A DNA stretch of 64,000 nt, taken from the NCBI GenBank assembly GCA_038245295.1, contig JBBRSP010000003.1, positions 288,001 to 352,000 on the forward strand, in the 5' to 3' direction. Below are positions 9,443 to 19,298 of the stretch, one piece after another. The stretch's first letter is position 1. The number at the start of each line of letters is the position of its first letter. Both the position numbers and the translations under genes were made by a program. Source of the DNA: Candidatus Binatia bacterium (GTDB taxonomy: Bacteria > Desulfobacterota > Binatia > HRBIN30). The notes under the pieces are model-generated. The model worked only from the letters and a program-made list of their open reading frames with translations, was not told the DNA's origin and ran no database searches.

Positions 9443-10483
9443 CTAGCTGGCGCGCTGCAGACCGGCGGTGTGGCGGAAGCGGCGCCGATAGTCGTGGGGT
9501 GCCACCTTCAAGTGACGCAGCAAGGAACGGCGTAGATGTTCACTCGAGGCGAAACCGCAGCGGGCGGCGATCTCTTCGAGGCCGAGTGCCTGCTCCTCCT
9601 CAAGCAGGCGGCGAGCCGCCTCAACGCGGGCACGTTCGACGAATTTGGCGGGCGTCACGCCCGTCTCCTGACGGAAAACGCGGGCGAAGTGACGCGGGCT
9701 CATCGCCGCATGCTCGGCCAGCAGTTCGACACGCAGGTCGTCGCGCAGGTGCTCGACGATCCACTCAGGCAGATCCTTGAGGGCGCCGCCGCTGTGGCTT
9801 TGCGCCTCCAGGTACGTGCTGAATTGCGACTGCCCACCCGGGCGTTTCAGGAAGACAACCAGGCGTCGCGCCACCTCCAACGCGACTGAATGGCCGAGGT
9901 CCTCTTCGACCAGGGCAAGTGCCAGGTCGATTCCCGCCGTTACACCGGCCGAGGTGTAAGTGTTGCCGTCACGGATATAGATGGCGTCGGCGTCGACGTT
10001 TACCTTGGGATACTGTTCGGCTAACAGGCGCGCCGCGCTCCAATGGGTCGTTGCCCGCTTACCATCGAGGAGTCCCGCCTCGGCCAGCACGAAGGCGCCG
10101 CTGCACACCGACGCCAGGCGTCGCACGTGCGATGCCTGACGCAGGGCCCAGCGTTTCAAGGCAACGTCATATACCGCCGCGGCAATCTCGCCACCGGAGA
10201 AAATAAGCGTGTCCACGGAACCAGAGATCTGTTTGTAGGAGCGATCGGCGACTAAGCGCAGCCCCGAGTTCATCGTCACAGGACCTGCCTGGGTGGCGAC
10301 GACCTGCAGGGAATAGGGAGGCGCCTGATGCGGCTGCCGCAGCCGCATCACCAGCGACGCTGTCGCAAATACTTCCGCGGGTCCGACGACATCCAGCGTT
10401 TGCGCGTTGGGGTACGTGACGATGACGACCTGGCGCGTCGCGGGTGGGCGCCGGTCGGCCAGCTTGGTCACACGAGCTTTCAT
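9443..10483 (-). CDS. GlxA-family AraC regulator (DJ-1 domain plus AraC HTH)
   Basis: SVCSGAF, TTHW, TSAGVTAGID, RPGGQSQF and MSPRHFARVF; start at MKARV. Confidence 0.9.
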   Translation of the reverse strand: MKARVTKLADRRPPATRQVVIVTYPNAQTLDVVGPAEVFATASLVMRLRQPHQAPPYSLQVVATQAGPVTMNSGLRLVADRSYKQISGSVDTLIFSGGEIAAAVYDVALKRWALRQASHVRRLASVCSGAFVLAEAGLLDGKRATTHWSAARLLAEQYPKVNVDADAIYIRDGNTYTSAGVTAGIDLALALVEEDLGHSVALEVARRLVVFLKRPGGQSQFSTYLEAQSHSGGALKDLPEWIVEHLRDDLRVELLAEHAAMSPRHFARVFRQETGVTPAKFVERARVEAARRLLEEEQALGLEEIAARCGFASSEHLRRSLLRHLKVAPHDYRRRFRHTAGLQRAS

Positions 10484-10619
10484 GCCGCCGATGCTACGAT
10501 GGCTGCGTGCTGGCGGCAATGCCAGGACACCGGCAAATCCTGCCATCCTGGCATCAACTTGACTATCGGGTGATCCCCAGCCATCAGCGTTAAACCGCGA
10601 GGCAACGAAGGAGGAGATC

Positions 10620-11621
10620 ATGTCTGTTCGTATCGGGATTGTCCCGTTCTGGAAGCAATATGACCGCAAGGGTGTCATCCGCTCGGCGCAAGTCGCCGAG
10701 GATATGGGCTACGACTCGATCTGGATTCCCGAGGCGTGGGGCTACGAGCAGTTCCAGTTGCTCACCGAAATCGCCCTGAACACCAAGCGCCTCAAGTTGG
10801 CCACCGGCATCGCCAACGTGTTCAGCCGCTCGGCCGCGTTGCTGGCGATGAGCGCGGCGACGCTCGATGAGATCTCCGAGGGCCGTGTCATCCTCGGCCT
10901 CGGCACGAGCGGCAAGAACGTCATCGAGAACCTGCATGGTGTAAAGTATGAGAAGCCGCTGACACGGTTGCGCGAGACGGTGCAGATCATGAAGACGCTG
11001 TGGCGCGGCGACCGACTGACACCGGAGCTCAGCACCCTGTTCGACCTACGGCACTTCAAGCTCGAGATGAAGCCGCTGCGTCCCGATATTCCCGTCTACA
11101 TCGCTTCGCTCCAAGACAAAGCGATTCGCGAGATCGGCCGCGTCGCCGACGGCTGGGTGCCGACATTCTGGCCCTATCAACATCTCAAGGACGGAGTGAA
11201 GCTTCTGGAGGAAGGTGCGAAAGAGGCGGGACGCGACGCCAGCAAGATCGAGGTCGCGCCGTTTGTCGCCGTAGTGCCGATGCCCGACGTCGACATGGCG
11301 CGCAGCATGATTAAGCCAACCGTGTCGTTCTATATCGGCGGCATGGGCGTCTACTACCACGCCATGTTCTGCCGCTACGGCTTCCAGGAAAACGCCGACC
11401 TCGTACGCGATCTCTACAACAAGGGCCAACGCCAGGAGGCGGCGGCGGCGGTCAGCGACGAGCTCATCGATGCCATCGCCATCTGTGGCACACCCGAGCA
11501 TTGCCGCGAGAAACTGCAGGAATGGCATAAGGGCGGCATGGGCACAGCGTTGATGAATCTGCCCATGGGTGTGCCGCCTGAAGTCGTCGAGCAAGCACTA
11601 CGCGCTGTCGCGCCGCGCTGA
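10620..11621 (+). CDS. LLM-class flavin/F420-dependent oxidoreductase
   Basis: AEDMGYDSIWIPE, ATLDEISEGRVILGLG and ADGW; AAGGAGG RBS. Confidence 0.88.
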   Translation: MSVRIGIVPFWKQYDRKGVIRSAQVAEDMGYDSIWIPEAWGYEQFQLLTEIALNTKRLKLATGIANVFSRSAALLAMSAATLDEISEGRVILGLGTSGKNVIENLHGVKYEKPLTRLRETVQIMKTLWRGDRLTPELSTLFDLRHFKLEMKPLRPDIPVYIASLQDKAIREIGRVADGWVPTFWPYQHLKDGVKLLEEGAKEAGRDASKIEVAPFVAVVPMPDVDMARSMIKPTVSFYIGGMGVYYHAMFCRYGFQENADLVRDLYNKGQRQEAAAAVSDELIDAIAICGTPEHCREKLQEWHKGGMGTALMNLPMGVPPEVVEQALRAVAPR

Positions 11622-11665
11622 GAGCTTAGTAACCCGCCACTGCGTGGCACCCGTCAGCCGGGCGT

Positions 11666-12940
11666 TCAGAAGAATGCCCGGCTGACGAACCAGAATGTTC
11701 CAAGACCAGCCGTCAAAGCGGACCCGAGCTCGACCAGGAGTCGACCCGCTGTCGGGTTACGCCTCTGCAGCAGACGCAGCAGCGGCCAAACCAGACTGAT
11801 CACCGCAAGCTGACCGATCTCAACGCCCGCGTTGAATCCAAAAAGCGCAAACCCGAGACGCGTCGGGTCGAGACCGGCATCGGCGAGCACGCTGGCGAAG
11901 CCGAAGCCGTGCAGCAGCCCGAAGAGGAAGGCGATGGCCCAGCGTAAGCGCTGGCGGTTGCGGCTGCGCTGCAGCAGGCCGAAATAACCGGTCGTGAAAA
12001 ACGCCAACCCCAGCAGCGTCAATGCCGGCACGGCGCCATGGCCCGTCATCGCCATGGCTGCCAGCCCGGTTAACGTTACGCCTACCAGCAGCGGCACAAC
12101 ATTGCTGCGGCTGCTGAGCAGCCAGGCATTCTCGATCGCGACCAACGCAATCGACAATCCGATCAAGGCTTCGATCGGGGCGCGTTCGGGCCGCACGTAG
12201 CCAAGCACGGCCAGGGAAAGGGTGAGGCTGTGGGCGACGGTGAAGCCAGTAATCACGCGCGCGACGTCCGCCAAGGAACTGCCAAGCAGCAACAGCGCGA
12301 GCACGAAGGCCAGGTGATCGTAGCCTGTGAGGATGTGCTCGATGCCCAGCTGGATGTAGTCGATCAAGCTCGAACCACTCGTGGCGGCGGCGCTGCCGGA
12401 AGCCGGCGAGTCGAGTTGCCAGAGCGGCTGGCGCTCTGACAAGACCTGCTCGGCCGCCATCTGATGGTCGCGCTCGAGGCGGGCGAAGTGGAGATGCGAA
12501 GGCGCAACGTCGAGTAGGATCGAGTTGCGGATCGACAACGCACCGCTCGCCGGGCATTCGATCGTCCAACCGAGGGCCAGACGCCCGCTGTCTGCATGCA
12601 ACGGACGCGGCGCCCCAGTGACAGGACAGACGGCTCCATCCGCGAGGAGTTGCAGATGCCTGGTGAGATACTCGGCCAACATTTGGTCGCGTTGGGGATT
12701 ACCGGGGACACCCCACTCGTAGTGCGTCACATCAATGTCCCACATGCGCACGACGACCTGCGCGGTGCGTCCGCTGAGTGTCCAGGCGGAATAGGAGTTG
12801 CTGCGGTCGTGGGCGGCGGCCCGTTGCGCGAGCAGTCCTAGGACCAGTGTGAGAACGGCCGCAAACCGCCCTAAGGCAAGGCGGCAGTCATCTGTGCGGC
12901 GGGCCGTGGCTGCCTTACGGGTCGCTCTGTGCCCCGTCAT
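11666..12940 (-). CDS. HupE/UreJ family membrane protein with N-terminal exported domain
   Basis: GIEHILTGYDHLAF, TGFTVAHSLTL, FGLLHGFGFA and FNAGVEIGQ; ATGA overlap with the upstream gene. Confidence 0.88.
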   Translation of the reverse strand: MTGHRATRKAATARRTDDCRLALGRFAAVLTLVLGLLAQRAAAHDRSNSYSAWTLSGRTAQVVVRMWDIDVTHYEWGVPGNPQRDQMLAEYLTRHLQLLADGAVCPVTGAPRPLHADSGRLALGWTIECPASGALSIRNSILLDVAPSHLHFARLERDHQMAAEQVLSERQPLWQLDSPASGSAAATSGSSLIDYIQLGIEHILTGYDHLAFVLALLLLGSSLADVARVITGFTVAHSLTLSLAVLGYVRPERAPIEALIGLSIALVAIENAWLLSSRSNVVPLLVGVTLTGLAAMAMTGHGAVPALTLLGLAFFTTGYFGLLQRSRNRQRLRWAIAFLFGLLHGFGFASVLADAGLDPTRLGFALFGFNAGVEIGQLAVISLVWPLLRLLQRRNPTAGRLLVELGSALTAGLGTFWFVSRAFF

Positions 12941-13821
12941 GGGATTTCGGGCGCAATCGTCACATCGGCGCCATGGCGCAGTTCGTCGAGGTATTGGCGT
13001 AGCGCGTGGTCGGAGGCGCGCCGCCGGTATTCGGCGAGGATCTGTGGCTTGATGTCGTCGAACGGCGGCGCGTCGCCGGGCGTGCGATCGACCAGCAGGA
13101 GCACGTGGTAGCCAGTGTTGGAGCGCACCGGCTCGCTGACTTCTCCGGGCTGCATCGAAAAGACGGTTCGCAGCGCGGTTGGTCCGAGATAATCGCCGAG
13201 TTTGGCCGCCGGGAGTAGGGCATCCGGGAGCGGGGCGAACTCCTCGTCGCCGCCAGCGCGAACCGCTGCGAACGCTTCTCCGGCACGCAGGCGACGAACA
13301 GCGTCGGCGGCGCGTTGTTGGGCGGCGGCAGCGTCCTCCGGCGAGTTGGCCCGGAACCACACCTGGCGCACGTGCAGTTGCCCGGGGCTGGCAAAAAAAT
13401 CTTGCTCGCCCTGGTAGAACTTCTGCAATTCATCGTCGCTGGGCTCGGCCGTGTTTTCGCGCGCCGAGGCGGTTTCAATGACGGCACTCGTCAGGGCGCG
13501 GCGCACGCGTAGGTCGTCGCGCACGAGGCCCAGGCTGAGTGCCTTTTGGAGTAGCAACTCCTCTTCGATCATTCGATCGAGAACCTGACGGCGGATCTCG
13601 GCCGTGACCCCGGATCGGCGATCACTCATCAGGCCGTTGACGGCTCGTTGATATTCTTCGAGCCGAATCGGGACACCATTCACCCGCGCCACAGTTCCGG
13701 GAGGCAGCTGGGCCGCCGTCGTGCGACCGCCGAAAAGTCCAGCCGCCGCCATCCCCGCGCCGAGAACGATCGCCGCAAGCAGCAGCCCAAGCGGGCGTGA
13801 CGAAGAAGTCGGCTCCACCAC
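12937..13821 (-). CDS. PpiC/SurA-type peptidyl-prolyl isomerase
   Basis: N-terminal TM, VARVNG, MIEEELLLQKA and GEVSEPVRSNTGYHV. Confidence 0.85.
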   Translation of the reverse strand: MVEPTSSSRPLGLLLAAIVLGAGMAAAGLFGGRTTAAQLPPGTVARVNGVPIRLEEYQRAVNGLMSDRRSGVTAEIRRQVLDRMIEEELLLQKALSLGLVRDDLRVRRALTSAVIETASARENTAEPSDDELQKFYQGEQDFFASPGQLHVRQVWFRANSPEDAAAAQQRAADAVRRLRAGEAFAAVRAGGDEEFAPLPDALLPAAKLGDYLGPTALRTVFSMQPGEVSEPVRSNTGYHVLLLVDRTPGDAPPFDDIKPQILAEYRRRASDHALRQYLDELRHGADVTIAPEIP

Positions 13822-13827
13822 TGCTGC

Positions 13828-16050
13828 TTAGGCGGCCGGCTTGACGAAGATCGGACTCGACCAGGCGCGCTCCTGGGTCGGGCTCAAACAGTCGTCGTCT
13901 GCCGGCGTGCGGTAGTCACCGAAACATGGCTTCACCGAGACACAGTCGCCACGTTCGTTGTAGGTGCAGCGCAGGCCGCCGGCGTTAACCGCCATGGTTT
14001 CCTCCTGGGCGGCGCGCACGTAGTACAGGAACTCGCGCTGGCCTGCGACGAACTCCGGATCTTCGAAGGTGATCTCGCAGCCGGCCTGCGTGTCGGGGCA
14101 ATCGAAGGATTTCCACGGGTCTTGGATCAGCGGCCCGATCGGTTCGCCCTTCGCCTGTTGCGGGCGGATTCGCACCACATCGATCTTGGTGATGCGGTAG
14201 CGATCGTCGGTCGGGTTGTAGCACTCGCCGCGGCACAGGTAGTCGAGGCGGTCGGGCGTCAACGCGCTCGTGGAGGTCTCGGGGCAACCTGGCTTTTGCT
14301 TGAAGGAACCGACGGCGCGGGCGCGGAAGCGGGGCGCTTCGCCGAGCGCCGTTTCCGAGCCCATTGGCAACGCGCCGCTTGGGCCGTTGAGCAGATCGAA
14401 CCACAAGAGAATGCGCGGCCCGCTGGTGCCATACACTTCGCGCTTCTTGAGAGCGTTCCAGATGGAGTCGCGATCGCGGCCAGGCGAGTGCACCGCGACG
14501 AGCCCGCCGGTCATGAAGAAAGATGCCTGACGCTCGAGCTCGAGGAACAAGAACGGTTGAATCTCGGACTTGTCTTGATCGAACTCCTGGGCCTCGTCCT
14601 TTACCGGACGGTTGAAGGCGGCACCACCGAGGCGCATGCGCCAGTTCTCGTCGACGGTACCGGCGACCTCGGTCATTTGCTTGCGGCGAAATTCCTTGAA
14701 GCCGGTTCCGGGGCGCGCCGAGTGGTTGTCGCTCGACGCCATGAAGCCAAAGCGGAAATTGCGTGGTTGACTTGGGTCATCGAAGTTCGAAATGGCCATC
14801 GCGTACTGCACGGAGTTCGCCGGGCGGTAGTTGAACGAGGGAAGAATGCAGTCGCGGCACTGTCCGCAATCCTTCCATTCCTCGATCTTTGCCCCGGAGA
14901 CAGTCAGGTGGCCGGCGAGTCCTGCCTTCATGTAGAGCTCACGAGCCTTCGCGACGCGGGTATTGCACTCCTCGGCAGGAATGTTGCCGCAGCGCGAGCG
15001 GATGATCTCGCCGGCCTGCCAGCAGCAAGGGAGGTAGCTCTTGGTCGGGTTCGGGCAAGTCAAGTTGCCTTGCGCGTCGACCCCGACCGGGCGCCAGTCG
15101 CGATATTCTTCCGAGTTACCGTGTCCCGAGTAGATCTCAATCAGTCCCTGGCGCGGGTCGTTTTCTTTGAGTTGCTTGTCAAAGGAATTGTCAGCCGGGG
15201 TGTAGAAGCCCCACGTGGTGCCGTGCGGGATGACCATCGACTCGACACCCAACTGGGCCAGTTTCTCGAAGAGGACCTTCGGCGTTGACGCCGATTCCTG
15301 GCAGGTGTCGGGCAGTTGCTTGGAGTCGACGCCCTCGGGGCACATCGGCGATTCGATGAGCTCCTCCTGGTAACGGCCGAAGTCGTAATAGCGCTGGCGA
15401 TTCTGCCAATCGAGAATCGGAAAGCGCAGACGTTGCCATAGGGGTAACTTTTGTCGCAGGGCGCCGACCAGGCGCTTGCTCATGGCGCTGATCGGACGCT
15501 TGGGTACTCTGTCTTCCTCGAGATCTCTGAGGATGACGTTCTTGTGGCCGTAATGATCGGCGGCGGTCATGCCGACCTGCGTCCACTCCCAGCCGAGGAA
15601 CGCCACCGTGTCAGGATTCTTTGGGTCACCCGCCAGCTTGTTGCACTGACGGATGGATTCCTTGGTCTCGCGCCAATGCTCCGGCGAGATCCCCTCGGCG
15701 TGATCGTTGATGCTCCAGAAGTCCAAGCCGGAACAGAAGCGGGCAAAGTCGCAGGCATCGGCTGGCGGGTGCGCCCCCTCGCCCTGCAGCATCGGTAGAC
15801 TGCGGATGAACGCGTCGGGAGAGAATGTCGTATGGACGTGCAGGTCGCCGAACAGGATCTGCTTTGCCCCGGCGTCGGGTGCCAGCGCCGTCGCTGCTTC
15901 CTTCTGCTTGGCGGCGCGCGATTGCACCACCGCCTCGGGCAGCCGCCCGCCCGCGATGGTGCCGGCCCCTTCGTGCCGTCCCTTGCATCCACCAACCAGC
16001 AGAACCGCCGTCATCGCAGCCGCCGCCACGGCCATGTGCACTCGAACCAT
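13828..16050 (-). CDS. DUF3604 domain (PHP-like metal-binding) probable lipoprotein
   Basis: LVGGC lipobox-like segment; FGDLHVHT, NDHAE, SSDNHS, YGTSGPRI and ERAWSSPI; GGAGG RBS. Confidence 0.85.
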   Translation of the reverse strand: MVRVHMAVAAAAMTAVLLVGGCKGRHEGAGTIAGGRLPEAVVQSRAAKQKEAATALAPDAGAKQILFGDLHVHTTFSPDAFIRSLPMLQGEGAHPPADACDFARFCSGLDFWSINDHAEGISPEHWRETKESIRQCNKLAGDPKNPDTVAFLGWEWTQVGMTAADHYGHKNVILRDLEEDRVPKRPISAMSKRLVGALRQKLPLWQRLRFPILDWQNRQRYYDFGRYQEELIESPMCPEGVDSKQLPDTCQESASTPKVLFEKLAQLGVESMVIPHGTTWGFYTPADNSFDKQLKENDPRQGLIEIYSGHGNSEEYRDWRPVGVDAQGNLTCPNPTKSYLPCCWQAGEIIRSRCGNIPAEECNTRVAKARELYMKAGLAGHLTVSGAKIEEWKDCGQCRDCILPSFNYRPANSVQYAMAISNFDDPSQPRNFRFGFMASSDNHSARPGTGFKEFRRKQMTEVAGTVDENWRMRLGGAAFNRPVKDEAQEFDQDKSEIQPFLFLELERQASFFMTGGLVAVHSPGRDRDSIWNALKKREVYGTSGPRILLWFDLLNGPSGALPMGSETALGEAPRFRARAVGSFKQKPGCPETSTSALTPDRLDYLCRGECYNPTDDRYRITKIDVVRIRPQQAKGEPIGPLIQDPWKSFDCPDTQAGCEITFEDPEFVAGQREFLYYVRAAQEETMAVNAGGLRCTYNERGDCVSVKPCFGDYRTPADDDCLSPTQERAWSSPIFVKPAA

Positions 16051-16185
16051 AATGTCTTCCCCTCCGAGGTTTGCTGTCGGTACCACGGGACGCCAACCTA
16101 AGTCAGCCCGGGCAGCATGCGTTTGCTGCAGCTCCACAACTGCGGCTGCCGATGGCTGACCTCAGCGAGGCAACCAAGATGGCGG

Positions 16186-16201
16186 TGGCACGGTCATTGC
16201 G
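16186..16201 (+). promoter_or_regulatory. sigma54 -24/-12 promoter
   Basis: TGGCACGGTCATTGCG, near consensus; GCAGCA-N6-TGCTGC palindrome about 60 nt upstream. Confidence 0.75.
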
Positions 16202-16238
16202 TTGTACCATCTTCATCAGGTGATCGGAGGACGCGAAC

Positions 16239-16397
16239 ATGGGACTCATCGAAACACTCGCCATTAGCAACGCCGTATGGACCGCAAGCATCCCGGGACC
16301 GTCACCCCTGTGGGTGGTCGCTATTCTCGCATTGGCGGTGACGGCATTGACGATTGGTGCCACGCAACGGTTGCCCGGTACAGCGGTGGGGCACTAG
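16239..16397 (+). CDS. 52-aa single-TM small protein
   Basis: MGLIETLAISNAVWTASIPGPSPLWVVAILALAVTALTIGATQRLPGTAVGH* with a GGAGGA RBS; not in the ORF track. Confidence 0.7.
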   Translation: MGLIETLAISNAVWTASIPGPSPLWVVAILALAVTALTIGATQRLPGTAVGH

Positions 16398-16459
16398 GAG
16401 CGGATGCCGCACTCGCCTCTGCCCCACAGACGGCGGATACGGTATAGGACTTACCCTCT

Positions 16460-17731
16460 ATGGCGATCATCGGCTTCATTGTCGCTGTCATGTTGTTTCG
16501 TCACTACATGAAGCGTTTACAGAGCTCACGCGGATTGCAGAGGCCAAGCGAGCCTGACTGCGACTTCAAGGCGGGCGCAGTAAACTGGCAGACCGAGTGG
16601 CACCGCCAATGGGCGGGCAAGTTCCAGCGCCAGGCGGATCGCCGTATCCGCGACCTCGAGCGCCAGGCCGAGCGCCACATTCGTCGGTTCGATCGTGAAG
16701 CGCGACGTTGGGGAGTGCCATTGCGTGTGCGCTTGGAGCGCACCGAAGAGCCGTCGCCTACCACCGAAACAGCCACGGCCGTGCCCGAGGCAGACATCCA
16801 GCGACGTGCGCGTAAGCAGGCCGCTGCGGAAGCCAGCTTCTACATGCACATGATGAGCTACCTCGGCGTCTTGGCCTTCCTGGCCCTCATCAACATCATG
16901 ACGACGTCGTATCCGTGGTTCCTGTGGCCCGCCATCGGCTGGGGCATCGGGCTGTTCTCTCACTATATGGCGGTGTTCGGCTCACGTGCGGTGCGCGAAC
17001 GTTACTTCGAGCCGGCGGTTGAGCGCGAGGTGCGTCGCGAGAAGGTGGCCATGCAAACCGAAAAGATGGCGACCATCGACGAGTTGTCGGCGACCATCGC
17101 CCACGAGATCCGCAACCCGATCGCTGCCGCCAAAAGCCTGGTCCAGCAGATGGGAGAAGACGTGCACTCGGTAGAGAACGTCGAATACGCCAAGGTCGCC
17201 CTCGACGAGCTCGATCGCGTTGAACGCCGCATCTCGCACCTCCTTAAGTACGCCAAGGAAGAGGACTACACGTTCAACGCGGCGAATCTGGCCACGGTGG
17301 TCGACTCGGCGCTGACCCAGATGAAAGCCAAGCTCGACGCCGCCAAGGTCGTTGTGCAGCGCAATTACATCAGCGGTCCGACCTTGTTGGTCGACGAGAA
17401 GCTGCGCCAGGTGTTTGTCAACATTCTCGACAACGCGATCGATGCCTTCGAGAGTGTGCCGGAGGATCGGCGCATCGAAGTGTTCGTTGAAACGTCATCG
17501 CGCGGCGGCGGCAACCGGGCCGTGGTGCGCTTCCGCGACAACGGTGCCGGGATTCCCGCCGAGAAAATCGATCGCATTTTCAATCCGTTCTTCACAACCA
17601 AGGACAAAGGCACTGGCCTCGGTATGGCCATCTCCAAGAAAATCGTCGAAGCCCACGAAGGCACGATCAATGTAGTGAGCGAACAGGGGCGCGGCGCTGA
17701 GTTCATCATCAGCCTGCCGTTGCCGAAATGA
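16460..17731 (+). CDS. sensor histidine kinase with 2TM domain
   Basis: FYMHMMSYL...PWFLWPAIGWGIGLFSH (2TM), AHEIRNP, NILDNA, DNGAG, FFTTK and GTGLG. Confidence 0.92.
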   Translation: MAIIGFIVAVMLFRHYMKRLQSSRGLQRPSEPDCDFKAGAVNWQTEWHRQWAGKFQRQADRRIRDLERQAERHIRRFDREARRWGVPLRVRLERTEEPSPTTETATAVPEADIQRRARKQAAAEASFYMHMMSYLGVLAFLALINIMTTSYPWFLWPAIGWGIGLFSHYMAVFGSRAVRERYFEPAVEREVRREKVAMQTEKMATIDELSATIAHEIRNPIAAAKSLVQQMGEDVHSVENVEYAKVALDELDRVERRISHLLKYAKEEDYTFNAANLATVVDSALTQMKAKLDAAKVVVQRNYISGPTLLVDEKLRQVFVNILDNAIDAFESVPEDRRIEVFVETSSRGGGNRAVVRFRDNGAGIPAEKIDRIFNPFFTTKDKGTGLGMAISKKIVEAHEGTINVVSEQGRGAEFIISLPLPK

Positions 17732-17759
17732 TGAGGCACAGGATGTTCGGAGAATCCCA

Positions 17760-19181
17760 ATGACCGGGCGTATTTTGGTTGTCGACGACGAGAAGGCGCT
17801 GTTGCTGGCGCTGCGTGGGCTTCTCAGCAAGGAGGGCTACCAGGTCGAAACCGCCGGCAGCGGCGAGGAAGCTCTGCGCAAGATCCAGACCGGCAGCTTT
17901 CATTTGGTCGTGACCGATCTCAGCATGCAGGGAATGAATGGTTTGCAGCTGCTCGAGCAGGGGCGGGCGCTGGACCCGGACCTGGCAGTCATCATGATGA
18001 CCGCGTACGGTTCCGAGAAGATTGCCGTTGACGCAATGAAGCTCGGCGCTGCCGACTACGTCCCGAAGCCGTTCGACAACGACGAGCTGCGTGTCATCGT
18101 CCGGAAGACGATGGATACCGCCCTCTTACGGCGTGACCACAAGCGCCTTCTGCAGCAGGTCCAGGACTCGTTCAGCTTCGAACATATCGTCGGCCGCAGC
18201 CAGGCGATGCGCCGGGTGTTCGACACCATCGAACGGGTCGCCGACACCGACGTCACCGTATTGATCCGCGGGGACAGCGGTACCGGCAAAGAGCTCGTTG
18301 CCAATGCGCTCCATTACCGCAGTCCGCGCCGCGGCAAGCCGATGATCAAGATGAACTGTGCCGCCCTCAATCGCGAACTGGTGGAGAGCGAATTGTTCGG
18401 GCATGAGCGCGGCGCTTTCACCGGCGCCGTCGCAAGGCGCGAGGGCAAGTTTGAAGCCGCCGATGGCGGTAGCCTGTTTCTCGACGAAGTCGGCGATATG
18501 CCACTGGAGACGCAAGCAAAGTTGCTGCGGGCGATCCAGGAGAAAGAAGTCGAGCGAGTTGGTGGGAACGAGCCGATCAAGGTGGATGTCCGATTGATTG
18601 CCGCCACCAATCACGACCTCGAAGCGGCGGTGAAAGCCGGCCGCTTCCGCGAGGACCTGTACTATCGCCTGCGCGTCGTCGAAGTGCTCAACCCGGCGCT
18701 CGCCGACCGGCGCGAGGACATCCCGCTGCTGATCGATCATTTTCTGAAACAAGCGTCAGAGCACTTTCGCCGGCCGATCAAGCCACTGTCGACCGAGGCG
18801 CTGCAGGCCTGCTTGCAACACACGTGGCCCGGCAATGTGCGCGAGCTGCGCTCGGCGATCGAGCAGGCTCTCTTGCTCTCGCCGGGGCCAGAGATCACCA
18901 GTGCCGACCTGTTTGGTCCGCGTGCACCAGTCCCGAGTACCCCGATCAGCAATGGCGGTGTCGGGATCGGGTTTACAGCCGGCAACCTGCCGCCCAACTT
19001 TCGCGAAGCGAAGGATCGGGTCGTCGAATTGTTCGAGCGCGAGTTTCTGGCGCAGGCTCTGCGACGCCACAATGGCAACATCACCAAGGCCGCGGAGGAA
19101 GTCGGCATGTACCGCCAGAACTTTCAGCAGAAGATGCGTGACCTCGGCATCTCGGCCGGGGAAACGAAAGACGAATCCTAG
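17760..19181 (+). CDS. sigma54-dependent response regulator (NtrC family)
   Basis: Receiver domain, GDSGTGKE, GAFTGA, FLDEVG, WPGNVREL and a Fis-type HTH. Confidence 0.95.
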   Translation: MTGRILVVDDEKALLLALRGLLSKEGYQVETAGSGEEALRKIQTGSFHLVVTDLSMQGMNGLQLLEQGRALDPDLAVIMMTAYGSEKIAVDAMKLGAADYVPKPFDNDELRVIVRKTMDTALLRRDHKRLLQQVQDSFSFEHIVGRSQAMRRVFDTIERVADTDVTVLIRGDSGTGKELVANALHYRSPRRGKPMIKMNCAALNRELVESELFGHERGAFTGAVARREGKFEAADGGSLFLDEVGDMPLETQAKLLRAIQEKEVERVGGNEPIKVDVRLIAATNHDLEAAVKAGRFREDLYYRLRVVEVLNPALADRREDIPLLIDHFLKQASEHFRRPIKPLSTEALQACLQHTWPGNVRELRSAIEQALLLSPGPEITSADLFGPRAPVPSTPISNGGVGIGFTAGNLPPNFREAKDRVVELFEREFLAQALRRHNGNITKAAEEVGMYRQNFQQKMRDLGISAGETKDES

Positions 19182-19259
19182 AACGGCGAGCCGACGGCCC
19201 GTCTCCGATGCCTCCTGTCGCGGAGCCGTACATCTGTGAATCCAGCCAAGTGCGGCGTG

Positions 19260-19276
19260 AGGGCACGCCGACTGCG
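19260..19276 (+). promoter_or_regulatory. sigma54 -24/-12 promoter for the pspA-like gene
   Basis: AGGGCACGCCGACTGCG (GG-N10-GC), then a GGGAG RBS and ATG 19299. Confidence 0.6.
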
Positions 19277-19298
19277 TTTACGCGGAAGGGAGAACAGC

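Noticed and set aside
16103..16363. 86-aa minus-strand ORF
   Set aside because: The plus-strand 52-aa ORF has the promoter, RBS and TM helix; this one has none.
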